A DNA stretch of 64,000 bases from Zygnema circumcarinatum SAG 698-1b (taxonomy: Eukaryota > Plantae > Zygnematophyceae), in NCBI GenBank assembly GCA_037447605.1, contig CM074809.1, positions 1,292,689-1,356,688 of the forward strand, given 5' to 3'. Position numbers and translations under genes: made by a program. This document shows, in pieces, positions 1 to 12,387 of the stretch; the first letter of the stretch is position 1; every line of letters starts with the position of its first letter. Under the pieces are notes generated by a model, which was given only the letters and a program-made list of their open reading frames with translations, was not told the DNA's origin and made no database searches.

Positions 1-470
1 CCGTCCGCCGTCCGTCCGTCGTTCGCTACCTCCAATGGCGACCGGTCCGTCCCCCCGTCCTTCCGTACGGATGACCGTACAAGGTTCGTACCGTTTCCGT
101 ACGACGTCCGTTTCTTGGACGGAGCGAAGGTTCGGAGGGGCCCATGCACCGCTTTGCACGCTCCATCTCTCCCACTCCCTCTCCCTCTCCCTCTCCCTCT
201 CTCTCTCTCTCTCCCGCTCTCTTCTTCGAGCCTCCGCTGCCCTTGAGAGCGATGGATTTTCTCGAATAAGACATTGAATCGCGGTAAAATCTAAAGGGAT
301 TTAGTGATCAATGATTCCTGCAGGATTCGAGTTGTGTGGGAGAGGGACGGGGTTGTAGAGTGGGAGAGAAGGAGAGAGAAAGAGAGTGGGGATGAAGGTG
401 TATGAGAGTAAGCTGGATCCAGAAAGGTGGTACGGATTTTTTCTGAGGAGAAGGATATGAATCGAAGTGG

Positions 471-3400
471 ATGGAAGGCGGGGACGTTGCCATGGATGAA
501 GGAGAGGGCTCGAAGCATGTGAAGTTTGAGAGGGAGGAGGGGGCGGGCGTTGCGGAGGATGCGCTGCCGAGGACTCTTTCAGGGGATTTGGAAGCCGAGA
601 ATTTTCAGCAGATGTTCTGGATGGAGGAAGGAGGCCGAAATGCTACGGCGGGAGCTGAAATTCGAGGAGTTTCATACTCATGCAAGGAGTGCAGGCTGGA
701 GATGCAACGTTTGCAGAACGAGTTGCACGAAGGCCGGCTCACACAAGTATCGAATCTAAATCTTCTATTTGATTCCTTTCAAATATTTCGTTTTTTTTTT
801 CTGAAACCGGGAAGGGCATGGAAACCAAACAGGTGCCATGCTGTTTTGGTAATTGGAGAGAGCAGATTTAAGCTGGAAAAATAATTTAATTGTCGACCGT
901 GTTCCATGTTCTGAAACGTGAATTTCCTTATCGTTTTTTTTTTCAACATAATCACATTCGATGTAGGTGCTTGTTTGCGCACATGAAATAGTCTTGTCAG
1001 GTTTGGATTGATCACATCCTTAGAAGTTATATGCATGACAAAGAGGAGCGGAAACGTTACAGGTTTTCTTGCTAAACTTTGAGCGGCCTTTAGTCGGTAA
1101 CTTCGAACTGAATCCATGGCTTTGAGAGTTCCATGTGAGGCTTTACCCGAACGTGTCAACAAGATTTTTCGTGTGACTTTGGCAAGTGTCTTCAACCCAC
1201 GCAATGATTTCATTGGCGCTTTCAGCTATTTGGATTCATGTCGTTTTCTGCTTTCTTAATGTTCGAGCGCACCCTTTTTTTTTTCAGGCTGCCCTTGAAT
1301 CGGAGCTGCGGTGGGCAATGGAGGGAAAGTTGAATGCCGAAGCTGCTCTTGCACAGCACCTCGTTGGATATCGAGTATGCAGTTCTAAAACTTGGAAGGA
1401 ACGCTGATGCTGGAGGCTGCACTGGTATCTGTATGGCGTTCAGTTTTGATGTTCTTGAAACTCCAAATAATTTGGTATTTGCTTTGCGCAATTGAAAAAT
1501 TTCTTACGTCAGTCGTCTTTAACACCAATTGGTATTTTTAATCCGCCAAGTCGATTGAACGAGACTGAACTCTGTATTTTTACCTTTTTTTTTTTTTTGT
1601 CTATTCTCTACATTTCCCTGTTCACGGCTCACTCGTCATATTTTTTTGTTCTACGTGCGCCTATAGGATGAGCCTTTGAGGCCCCAAACTCCACGCCAAC
1701 AGCAAACTTTTTGGGATGGTAATACTTCTTCGGAACTGCGATCAGTTGGGCATGCTTCCGCCAAACCACATTTGCATGCACTCAGGTCAGTTCCTCCTTC
1801 CTTCGTCCATTTCAGAGTTCTTTTTTGTATGCCTTTCTTTGCCTATCCCCGATTGTTTCCATATTGAATGGCAGTGCGCGCTTGAAAGGTGCCTTACATC
1901 TTATCATTTCTTTCCCTTAAATCAGTGTCGGAGGTTCGCCAGCATCCCGCTTGTTTCCAAGTACGACGGAGAGGTTGTTTGCAAATTCTTCCGATGCGAT
2001 ATACAACGATGTACAGGCAATCGCGCAGCAGAAAGTGAAGGAGCTTGAGAGTAAGCTGGGGCGCCTATCCAGCGAGTTTCAAGGTTTGGCTGAGAGCTAT
2101 AATGCAATGGTGATACGGTTTCAACGATCACAAGAGGATGTCTATCAGGTAAAGAGCTTGTTTCTCTTGCAACTGCCGAAATCATCAGCTAGTTCATAAA
2201 GAATGTAGAAAATTCCACGCAGTCGCAACTTGCAGCGTTACGTTATCCATTTTAAGTTAAAACCGTCACGATCATTGGCAAACAACAGACTAAAACCCGA
2301 AAAATAGTGACGAAAGTAGTTGCACACTTCTTGCCTTTGTGCAGCTTCACAAAGAAAATTTGGATTTGCAAACTGCCAATAACGAGCTGGTAAAAGCCTG
2401 CAAGCTGAGGGACAGACGCGTTCGCAAGCTTATGGAGCGCTGTGGCCTTGCAACCGAACAAAGCCCTCCGCCCACTGCTCCCTCCCACCTGCACCCACGG
2501 CCCCTTCTCTCACCTCCTGTGAGATCGGCGCCCTGCTTGCTCACCCCCGCCATTGAAATCCCCAAGCAAGAGCTCAAGAAGAAAGCAGACACTGCTTCTG
2601 AGGAGCAGAAACAAACAAGAGAAGGGTTCAACTTGCATTCTTGCACTACAAAGGCGCAAGCACAAGTGCTTTCCCCTGTGATGGATCAACTGGCAGTGGG
2701 AACCACCATCTTGACTACTGAAAAGAGGCATACTGCTGCTCAAGGTGTAGGAGTTATCGGTCAGAAAGCTTCTGCTGTGAGAGAACCACCACAAGCGGCG
2801 AAGGTGGGAGAAGTGAAGCCGGAGTCTTCTGCGCATCTAAGTGGGCCGCTTGCTAAGCGGCTCGGCCTCCCCCTGGGAAATTCAGTTAAGGGCACCACTT
2901 GTGTGGTGGATGAAACCGCAAGTACTGCCATAGTTTGTGAAGGCACCGCGCTAATGCCCGTGTCGCCTGTGAAGGTTCCCGCCCTTCCAAAGAGCATCTC
3001 TGTGAGGGCGAGTGCGCAAGCTGCCGTGACCAACCGCAAGAGGACTATATCGCCGGACGGTCTTAAAGGGGCCGGAAAGCCGCAGCAGCCGCCAAGCCAC
3101 GTCGAAAGGCCCAGTCGGCAGCGTACTTCGGCCGCCGGTGAAGAGGTGAGGAGAGGGGGGAGGGGGGGGGGCAGGGGCGGTGGGTCCCTCTTGGAAAGAA
3201 AGCTAATAATTTAGAATTGTGGGGGTTGAATTGTTGTCTGCGTGCAGCTGTTGGATGGGTTTGATCAAGGAGATCAGGAGTTCTACGAGGCTCAATTGGA
3301 TGTGTACACACAGGGAACGTACAAAACCGAGCTTTGCAACAAGTGGGAGGAACTTGGCAGATGTCCCTATGCTGAACGTTGCCAGGTATGCAGGTCTTAT

Positions 3401-3962
3401 ACACATTGTGGGAGAGATATGGAGAATGAAACATCTTATCCCGTCTTGTAACTTATTGTCATCTGTTCAAAACTTGGTTTCTGACTTTTCGCAATGTCGA
3501 TTAGGTAAAGGTTACGTAGGTTTTTATGCCATACGGAACACGTCTAAGCGTGATATTCAAAGTTCTCTGAAAACACGTCTCGCACATGCACTAACATCTC
3601 CCTTTCTATTGCCCTTCTCGTATTAGTACACTTCCAATTCACGTTCCTGTAAGTCAAGCATACAAACATATTGCTCGAAAAAGTGGAGAACCCTTCTGTC
3701 CTATGACGAGAGGCCACTCTCTAGCCTTTCATACCATGCTGGATTTATTTTTATGAGCTATCTGGAAGCAGACTTACTATTCGAAGGGTGAGGGGCCAAA
3801 CAGTTTGCCCACGGCGTAGAGGAGCTACGGCCTATCTTGCGCCATCCGCGATACAAGACAGAGCTCTGCAGGATGGTCGCCGCGGGAGAGACGTGCCCAT
3901 ATGGCCACCGCTGCCATTTCCGCCACGCGCTCTCACCGGAAGAAGCGGCTGCACTCGTGTAG
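471..3962 (+). CDS. Tandem CCCH zinc-finger protein (TTP/TIS11-type, AtC3H14/AtC3H15-like) with long N-terminal coiled-coil and low-complexity region; 7 exons, ~600 aa
   Basis: Exons join in frame across GT-AG introns (e.g. CAA|gtatcg..ttttcag|GCT; GAG|gtgagg..gtgcag|CTG; CAG|gtatgc..cag|TTT). The C-terminus reads [25 protein letters not shown]|[41 protein letters not shown], i.e. two C-x8-C-x5-C-x3-H fingers, each with a YKTEL lead-in. Stop TAG at 3960-3962. Confidence 0.9.
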
Positions 3963-4662
3963 GACACACCCCCTCCCCTCTTTTTGAAATTCTGTTTAGA
4001 TCAGATAATAATAGACTGGCCAAAGGCCGCCTTGAGAGGCCTAAGTCTAGAAACACGCTACGGCCTCTAGCGTGCGCTAATGCAAGATTGCGTGACCTAA
4101 AAGACAATCTCTGTCTTCTTACATCCGTGTCCAGTGCCACCTATGTTTAGAGGGGCTACGAGGCTACCCGCAGACTCTTAGGTAGCTATTGTAAACTCCA
4201 CTGTTAGCGTTAGCAGTGTTGAAACTATTTAGGAATTGAAACTTTTTGGTGGCTTTCTGACGAAAGTAGAGTAGTACATAGGCTTGTCTACAAGCCTGGC
4301 TGACTGAAGCTTTATATCTATGGCGAGACATTGGAGAAGTATCTATGCAACCATGTGATGGCCACCAAAGCGGAAAGAAATGCGAGTTGACAGGTGCCAG
4401 GAACTCATTTGAAGGCAACTTATTTGTGGATGCTTGAGAATTGTCATCATCGTCATTGCGGAGATTGAGAAGTAGCGAATGATGTAAAATTACATTCATC
4501 GACCACATGCTTGTCAGTAGATTAGTCTCTTGTCAAGTTTTACATACAACACTTAAGACTGCCTTAGTCTTAACCACAAGCTTCTTAACAACTATACATC
4601 GCTCACCAGACGAGTTGATGAACTCGATCCAAAAGCTACTCAAGAAGAATCGTCCAAACCTA

Positions 4663-6406
4663 TTAACTCGAGGGTGTATCCGCACGCAGCATGTGCCCGC
4701 TCGTGTTCCGCGCGTGCTTGGCAAGGTAGGGCATAAAGTCGGTCCCTCCAGTCCCTCGCTCGTCTTCTTTTGGGCTGTGTTTCTTAATGTAAGCATACGC
4801 AAAGTTCTTGTGCAAAGAGCGAAACTTGAAAAGTTCTTCCAGGCAGCAGTCGTAATCAGCAGCTAACTCACTCACATGTGAAAGTACGAAGGCCCTTATA
4901 GAGGGTCCACCTTCTATTGATTTCAGAAACAACCGATGTTCTTTAGGCATGTGATCACGCATGACCTGCACAGAAATGAAATCAATCAGATGTGTTTGAG
5001 TCCTGTGGTGTAAGGTCCCCAAAAAAGGAAACATGATTTCCTGGCACAGATTAGTAAGAGTAACTCGTACCTTGAGATAGTCAGACAACCATTCGGAGGG
5101 ATGTGAGACTCCCAAAGCCGCATCTAATGAAGGGATAATTGTCGACTGTGCCCCAGTCTCTCCATACAGTTTTTGAGGTTCGTCATGTACTCCGCGATAG
5201 AGGAGGCCAGATGGCAGTGCTGGATTATCACGCCAGCCAGACATAAAGATACGGATACGATGGTAATAGATATATGGATCGCACTTTTCTCCCATGCGAT
5301 TTAATGTCTGCTGCATGGCTTGAAGCACTTTCATGATAGACCTTAAACTGATGGCCACCTGATGCATCAGACCGATGAAAAAGAAAACTAGGTCATGGAT
5401 GACATTTCTAATCCATAACTTTGCATGTAGCCCTTAAAGCAGAATCGATTCACAAGAAATACGTTACTGTCTTTCAGCACCTTGCCTTGAGAGAATGCAG
5501 GACGCCGTGTTTCACTCTTTACACTTCCGTTCTTGTTCAATTGTCTTGATGAACCAGAGATGCAGCACTCACTCGATTCCCTTCCAGTACGGACTTTGAA
5601 ATTGGGACATAGTTGAGCCCCACCTTCCCCAAAACGCCCATTCTCACCTGTTCTGTGTTATCGTTTGTTACTGCCTTTTGGGCCATCAAAATAGCCTCCA
5701 TGGCTGTAGAAGCCTTTGCCTCAATATCCACATGTACAAGACGGAACCATTCCTCATCCACTCCTCCAAAAAAGTTGTGAAGACACACAATGTTACCAAG
5801 CTCTACCGGACCTTCCGGATCCAACCGTCGCCAATTCAAAAGGTTGTATGTGGCATAGACCAAAACGGGGGGCATATCCAGACTCGCTGCAATCTTGTGC
5901 CACGGAACAGCAATGCGGCTCGGCAACTCCGTGGAAGCAGGCTCTTCACCCCAAACATAGGCATGTGCAATGAACGAAAGGAGAAAGTGTGCTCGCCATA
6001 TCTCCCTTTCATCCTTCCCCTCCAGTAAACCCTGTGCATCAAACTCCGGCAATCTCTCTAGGCGAATCCTGAGTTTCCCATTTCCTGCAGCCACTAACAA
6101 CTGTGGTAGCTCTAGCAGAGTATCCTCCCAGACAGAATACTTTGAGCTGGACAGCCGCCTTAACGGATCTTCTGCAGGCAGAAAACCACGCTTGGCTGTT
6201 ACTGCAAAACAGTCTGAGGACGCTTTTGTTTCAACAGCCATGAGTGGATACCCTCGTTCTGGAGTAAGAAAAATGCGAGCTCGGGCTGGTAAGGTAACAG
6301 CGATTGTAGACACAGTGGAACTGCGAGCGCTTGCTTTTCTTGGTGCTGGTGAGCTAAGGGTGTTATACAACGTGGATGGGTTCCGCGCACTATGCAATGC
6401 TTGCAT
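4663..6406 (-). CDS. IDO: Indoleamine 2,3-dioxygenase family heme enzyme, 3 exons (6406-5648, 5358-5071, 4965-4663), ~449 aa, with presequence-like N-terminus
   Basis: IDO motifs: RGFLP, AHAYVWG, MPPVLVYA..L.NW, FFGGVDEEWFRLVHVDIE, RIRIFMSGW, GETGAQS, MRDHMP.EHR.FL, FRSLH (proximal His), GTGGTDFMPYL. Both introns are phase-0 GT-AG. Confidence 0.93.
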
Positions 6407-7296
6407 CTCTCAAAGTAAATGGCTCAGGAAGCCTCCTGGGTACCTACTGAAGTCCAGCCTCACACTAGCAGCAAGCAACAGCTTACGAGCTGCATGAAGT
6501 TCATTCCTCATTTAGGAACGTTACTTGGACCCTCGTCTAGCCTCAGACCACATACCTGCAGAAGCAACACGAAGAAAGTCTCAACGTCACTGGATCAAGA
6601 AAAAAGAAAAGGACTGAAGCCTCTCTTTGCTTTTGTAAGAACTCACAAGCAATGCTCTCCAATAAAATTCCAATGCGGAGGATAATTCATATGTTAGCCA
6701 TTTCCACTAACGAAATTCCACAAGAAAAGCCAGAGGGATGCACTGATATCAGTGCAAGTGTGTGATCAGGGGTCTACTCCAGCCATTACTGCTCCACGCA
6801 CTCCAAAACACTTCCTGCAAGCAGAGCGCAGACGATTACAGCTCATGCAGAAACCATTGGTGAGATCAACCACTCACTTCCAGGAACATTGCTCCTCTTT
6901 ACCGACTCCACTCCTTCCCCAACAGGCTGCTTCGGCAATCTGTCCTTCATAACGGGTGACACATGTACAGATGCCACAGCAGCGAGGAGGCCTACTATCA
7001 TCGTGGTTACAACGATTTTCCCTCCCACGCCTCCCTTTGCTGCGCTCGTAGAAGGCGGCCTTGCAGCCATGGCTGAGGAAGAACCAAGCTTTCCTGCAAG
7101 CAGAGGCGAAGGGAAAACGACAGACGACCCTTAGCCCTAACGCAAACCGTCCTAGCCGACGACCGAAACTGTTACTATTTATGCTCAAAAGTACGAAACT
7201 AGGATGTACGATCAACCGATTCAGTTACATCCATGTATCCGTACGAAAGCTGCTCTTGTCCAACTGGGAACTTTCTTTGGTTGCAAACTTTCAGCC

Positions 7297-10200
7297 ATGG
7301 CTGCCTCTCTTGCAGGTCTGCCTGTGCTTCCAGCTCCTCCTCTTGCGGCGGAATGTCATTCCATTTCTGGTCGTCTCCCTATCCGCCTCCCTCCCCTCTC
7401 TATTCCGGAGCTTCCTGATGAGCCTTCTCGCGTTTCCAGCAGATTAAGGAGTGACCATCATGGCCTTGAAGGGCGCATACCGAACCTGAAACGCTGTTAT
7501 AATGTTGACTTTTCTGCTTCAATTGCATCTTCAAGAGTCAATCGTATTGTCTCTGCATTTAGAATTGTGCCCCTATCTTCACATGTCCCACAAGGCCGCC
7601 TAGGACGACGAGCTTCTGACAGCTCGGCAGGAGGTTTCTTTAGAGCAAGCAATAGGGACGCAAGCGTTCTCTTAGGACGCGCTGCAGGCAGGGTCGAAGG
7701 AACTTTGTGGGAAATGCTTGGCTCAGGGGAGAGAAGGCAGCCCTTAGGAACTCTGCAAACAGAGCCAAGCGGGAGTAACTTGAGAAATTTTCGAGTGCGA
7801 TCGTCGTTCAGGGAGGACGATGGTGAGACTAGCTGCGCGCATTGTATCAGCTGAAGACCTGCTGTAATCGTTAATTTTGGGATTGACTAATTTTGCACTT
7901 ATTCCACGTCCTTTACATCGAATAAATTTTTAGTTTGTGCAAAGAATGTTTTGAGATTAGGATACACAATTTGCCTGTACGAGTCTCTGAAGTGAAACAT
8001 TGGGCTCATCTTGCAACAGAGTTGAGAGAAGCAGAAGATCCCATGCTACAAGCTGTAGAGGAGGCAGCAAAGCTGCACCCTTCATCATCTGGCACGGGCC
8101 TCTCCAGCCTGGACAGTCTGGGAATATTTTCAAACCTGAACGAGGCTACATTGCAGCACGAACCAGGTTTGCTCGGTGCTATTCCTCTAAGCGGAGTAAT
8201 TGAGATGTTCGTTAGGGGGTGATGAGAGTTGCTGAATGGCAGCAGACAGTCTACCATTCTCAACCATTTGAATCGAGACTGCAAGGGTTTCCCAGTGACT
8301 TGTCTGCGAAGCCTGCTTTGACCTTTTGCCCGTCATTGGTTCAAATGTTTCAACTTGAGGTCTTCTAATAACTGACGGATAACATTCGTCTACTGCTGTG
8401 CATAATGGTTACGCAGGAACTCTGGCAAGTGCTGTCCTTCTGGTGGCCGGAACCACGGTGTGCACCTTCTGCATTCCCATGAACTGCCTTGGAATGTCTG
8501 CACATCTGGCGAATGTCTGAAAAGTATTAATGGCATCGAGAAATTTGGGCGGGCAAGGATTGGATAAAAACATGAACGTCTCCAGGGTTAATTAAAGAAA
8601 ATGGATTTGTCTGGATGGAGCAGCCAGTTCATCAGAAAATGGAATTCTGTAATCGTGCATGGAGACAGGCAAGCAGTCCTCAGCGAGACAAAGTTGTCAC
8701 AGCAGCAGGCAGTCTTGAGTGATAGAGGGTGTGGGAACGACAGAGAGCATCTTGGTGGGAGAAAACGGGCCTGTTATTTTCGTTTACTGGTAATAATTAT
8801 TTGTCTGTTCACAGATGTCACTTTTATTGAAAACACTAGGCTTTCGTGAAGAGTGGAATTTGGACTCTGTGGAGAAGAGAAAGAGAGAATTTTCCAAATG
8901 AGAGGCTCGAAGTGTTTGGACGCAAAACAGAGTGTGGAATGCGGATGCCAACTGTTTCTGCAGGGCTGATGGCTTGCTGCAAGATAGGTTGGCGCGGGCA
9001 TCCTGGCTATCCCAGCAGTAACGCAAGAAGCTGGCTTCTTAGCGTCGGCTCCAACATGCATCCTCTGCTGGCTCTATATGGTGGGTGATCTTGGCTGTTG
9101 CTACACAGATTGACTTCACTATCATGTATCATAGGAGTCCGGTTGCAACAGCCTTGGAAATGTGGAACATGATTCGAGAAATGGGCCGAGCTTAACTTGA
9201 GAGGCGATGCTGCTGTGCCGTCCACAAGGACTAGGCTGTTATGACAATTCGGCACATTCAGTTTGAGAAAGGGTGATGTTTGTGCTTGGTCTAATGCCAA
9301 ATTCTGGAATTCAAACAGGTCACAACAGGGTTGCTGGTGGCGGAGGTGAATATCAACACTATGTGTGAGCTGGGCTCTGGAGGTGTTTCTTTGGTGAGCT
9401 TTCCCGCTCTTTCAACTGATCAGTTAGTGACGCTGTATTCGGATTTCCTCTACAAATCTTATTTTGAATGGAGCGACCCAGCCACTGACCTCGTAAAGCG
9501 TTGGCCCGGGCAGAGTCCAGTGTGGCAAGAGATATTTTAGCACTTCATCCGAAATCTCTCAATTTCGTTTTTCTTGTTAAACACAGTTGCAGAGGTAGCA
9601 TAATCACCACCGGTTCATCGTTTTCGCAGGAGTGTGTTCCAGGGATTATAAATACCTTATTATTCTGACCGTCATGCATCATGTGTGCCGGCAGCAAGAT
9701 GATAGAGTCTCTGACTACCTTTGCCTTTTAATCTTTTACCAGGTATCTATGGCAGATCGGACATTGGGAACGGTGGGAGTGATCGTTTCCTGTGCGGCAT
9801 ACGCCTTCATTCATTACGCCCTTCTTGTGGCATATGTTTCTCGGTCTTCTGACATCATTGCTCAAGCTTCAGGGATGCCTGTATGGCTTGCCGCAGTCCT
9901 CTTCAGTGCTAGTCTCGGCGGTCTCTGTTACTTCTCCAGGTGCGTGAAATGAAGGGTTTCTCTTCGAAGCAGTAGAGACCCAATCAAGAAGATGCCTATA
10001 TGCACATGATTATGGAAAGCTTTCTAATAACGTTGTCTGAAAAGCTGATCGATGTGTGGTGGAGTCAGGGGTCCTGGGGTTACAGCCAACGAGTGATAGG
10101 AGCTGTAAACGGTGGACTTGTGGTTGGGGTTGTTGGGAGTTTCACTCTGCTTTTGGTGCTCGCTGCTGGAAACACCGATCCTTCTCTTCTTCTGCAAGCG

Positions 10201-11503
10201 GACTTCTCGGCCGTGCCAAAGAGTGTGCCGATAATCGCACTTTCTTTTGTCTATCAGGTGAGGTGTGCGCTTCCCTTTTCCCCGTTGCTCGCTTTTACAA
10301 AGTCCTCGTAGGAACGATGTCTGCAACCTCTGAAGGCAGCTGTTCTGACATTTTGCCGAAGTAATGTTCTGATTCAGTCTAAGGGACGGGAGATGCTGCA
10401 GAATGTCGTCCCCGTTATTTCTACTCAACTTGAAGGCAATCTTCCGCGTATTCGCTGGGCAGTGATCCTGGGAACTGCAATCCCGCTTGTGATGTTCCTT
10501 GCATGGGATGCCGTCATTTTGGGATCCCCCATTGCTGCCTCAACAGGTGCATCGGATGTTGCTGCTTCTGTGGTCGACATGGACCCCCTTATGCGTCTAC
10601 GTGAGGCCAGTGGAGCTGTTGGGGTAAGGCCTAACATTTGCTTGAAGGTGTAGAGGAGAGAGAGTTCCGTTGCAGGAGCGGCTTTCTCCATTCAGGATGG
10701 ACATAGTGGAAAACAACATGGCATCTGTCATTTTTCCTAACGACCCGCTTTGCAAATTGGAGAATCTTACTGGTCACTCAGTACGCTGAAGGTTTCATCT
10801 GTTGTTTTGTTTGCAGCCCCTTGTGGAGATATTTTCGTTCTTTGCGGTGGCGACTTCATACATCGGCTTCGTGTTGGGCCTCTCCGATTTTCTTGCAGAT
10901 TGTGAGTAGACTGTTTAACTCCGTTTAGGTCGAAGGACCTGAAAGTATGGCTTTGCCATATGGAGGAGTGTTCTCCCAGCCATAAAGCAAGTATTGCATG
11001 GACGCATTATCATTACAGCAGGGTGATGGGAGCAGGGCTGAAACTTCCTTCAGGAAGAGGGCAGCACCCTGTGCCATACATTCTCACTCTACTTCCGCCC
11101 CTTGTGCTCGCCCTCCTTGCTCCCAACGTCTTCTTCTCAGCCCTTGATGTAGCCGGAACTTACGGAGGTAGCCACACAACTCTATGGTACCTTTGTGATT
11201 TCAGTGGGTGAGAGGGCATGGGCTTGATGCTCGTGTTTTTGTTGTAAGATGGAGAAATGATTGTTTAATTCTTTATGCTCCATTTTGGGGATCACTATAG
11301 TGGAGCATGTTTTTGCTTTTGCAGTGTTGGTGCTGTTCGGTATCGTTCCAGCAGCCATGGCGTGGTCCGAACGGTACTCTTCCGGGGGTCTCCCTCCGGC
11401 GGTGAAGCCCATTGTGCCGGGAGGGCGCCTGACATTGGGAGCAGTCATTGGGGGGGCAGTTTTGATCATCGGAGGAGAGCTCTGGTCAGACCTTGTCACG
11501 TGA
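7297..11503 (+). CDS. Tryptophan/tyrosine permease family (Mtr/TnaB/TyrP-like, plant type) with long N-terminal presequence
   Basis: Spliced segments: FSNLNEATLQHEP|GTLASAVLLVAGTT|VGAGILAIPAVTQEAGF..CWLYM|VTTGLLVAEVNINTMCELGSGGVSL|VSMADRTLG..HYALLVAYV..|..VPIIALSFVYQ|NVVPVISTQLEG..IPLVMFLAWDAVILG|PLVEIFSFFAVATSYIGFVLGLSDFLAD|..PPLVLALLAPNVFFSALDVAGTYG|VLVLFGIVPAAMAWSERY. The start codon and first junction are less certain. Confidence 0.9.
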
Positions 11504-12387
11504 ACGGCATATGAGCGATAAATTTAACCAGGAATAAGCTCCGGAGGTTTCAAACACTTTGTAATGTAAATGTGTTTTCTACTAAATCTCTCTCTCCCTC
11601 CTTTCGCCCTGTGACTCCCTCCCTCTGCGTCCCTTCATTGAAATAAGAAGTGCTAGCATGAGTGGCAACCTTCAACGTGAATCCCAAATCTGGAATTCTG
11701 TAAGGCAAGCGACTTACATACGAATGAAGCAGGAAAAGAGGCAGGAGTAAAAGGGTGGGATCCAAAGCACAGCGATGTTGGAGTAAGTTCAGTTCAGAAC
11801 CGTCCTGTCCCTCCTCTCCTGCTCCCCCTCCCATGCCTCTCTCCCAACAGTCTACACTCTGAAACTCCTTTGTGTCCTAAAGTGAAGCAGACCAAAGAGA
11901 AAGTGAGAAAGGGACTGGCATTGGCGCCCCCTTGTGCCTGTTAGAACGAGTGGAAAGGACGTGGCAGAAACGGTCCGCGTAGGCAACACTGGCAAGCCTT
12001 TTTACAGACACTCAGTTTTTCCAAATTTCGACTCATTTCTGCCCAAAGCAAAGACCAAAAGGTTGCAGGCCACAAACCGCAACACTCGAAATGCCGACAT
12101 GAAACTCATCAAGTTTTTGATGACGTCAGTTTCCCTCATGATTGTGACACATGTCCTTTTATAATGACGTCATCCGGTTTATCAAACTGAAAGATCGTGA
12201 AGTCATAGTTTGTCATTTCTGGTTTTCTGATATTTTTTCGCAGTTTTGAAGTCACACTCACATTTGACCCAGGTCCAGCGGTTCGGTTACTTGTATGACG
12301 TCATTCTCTTGCATAGCTTACGCCATACTCCCTCCCTCTCTGGCCCTCGGAAGTGGAGAAGACTGCCTCGTCCTCTTGGAAGGCGCC

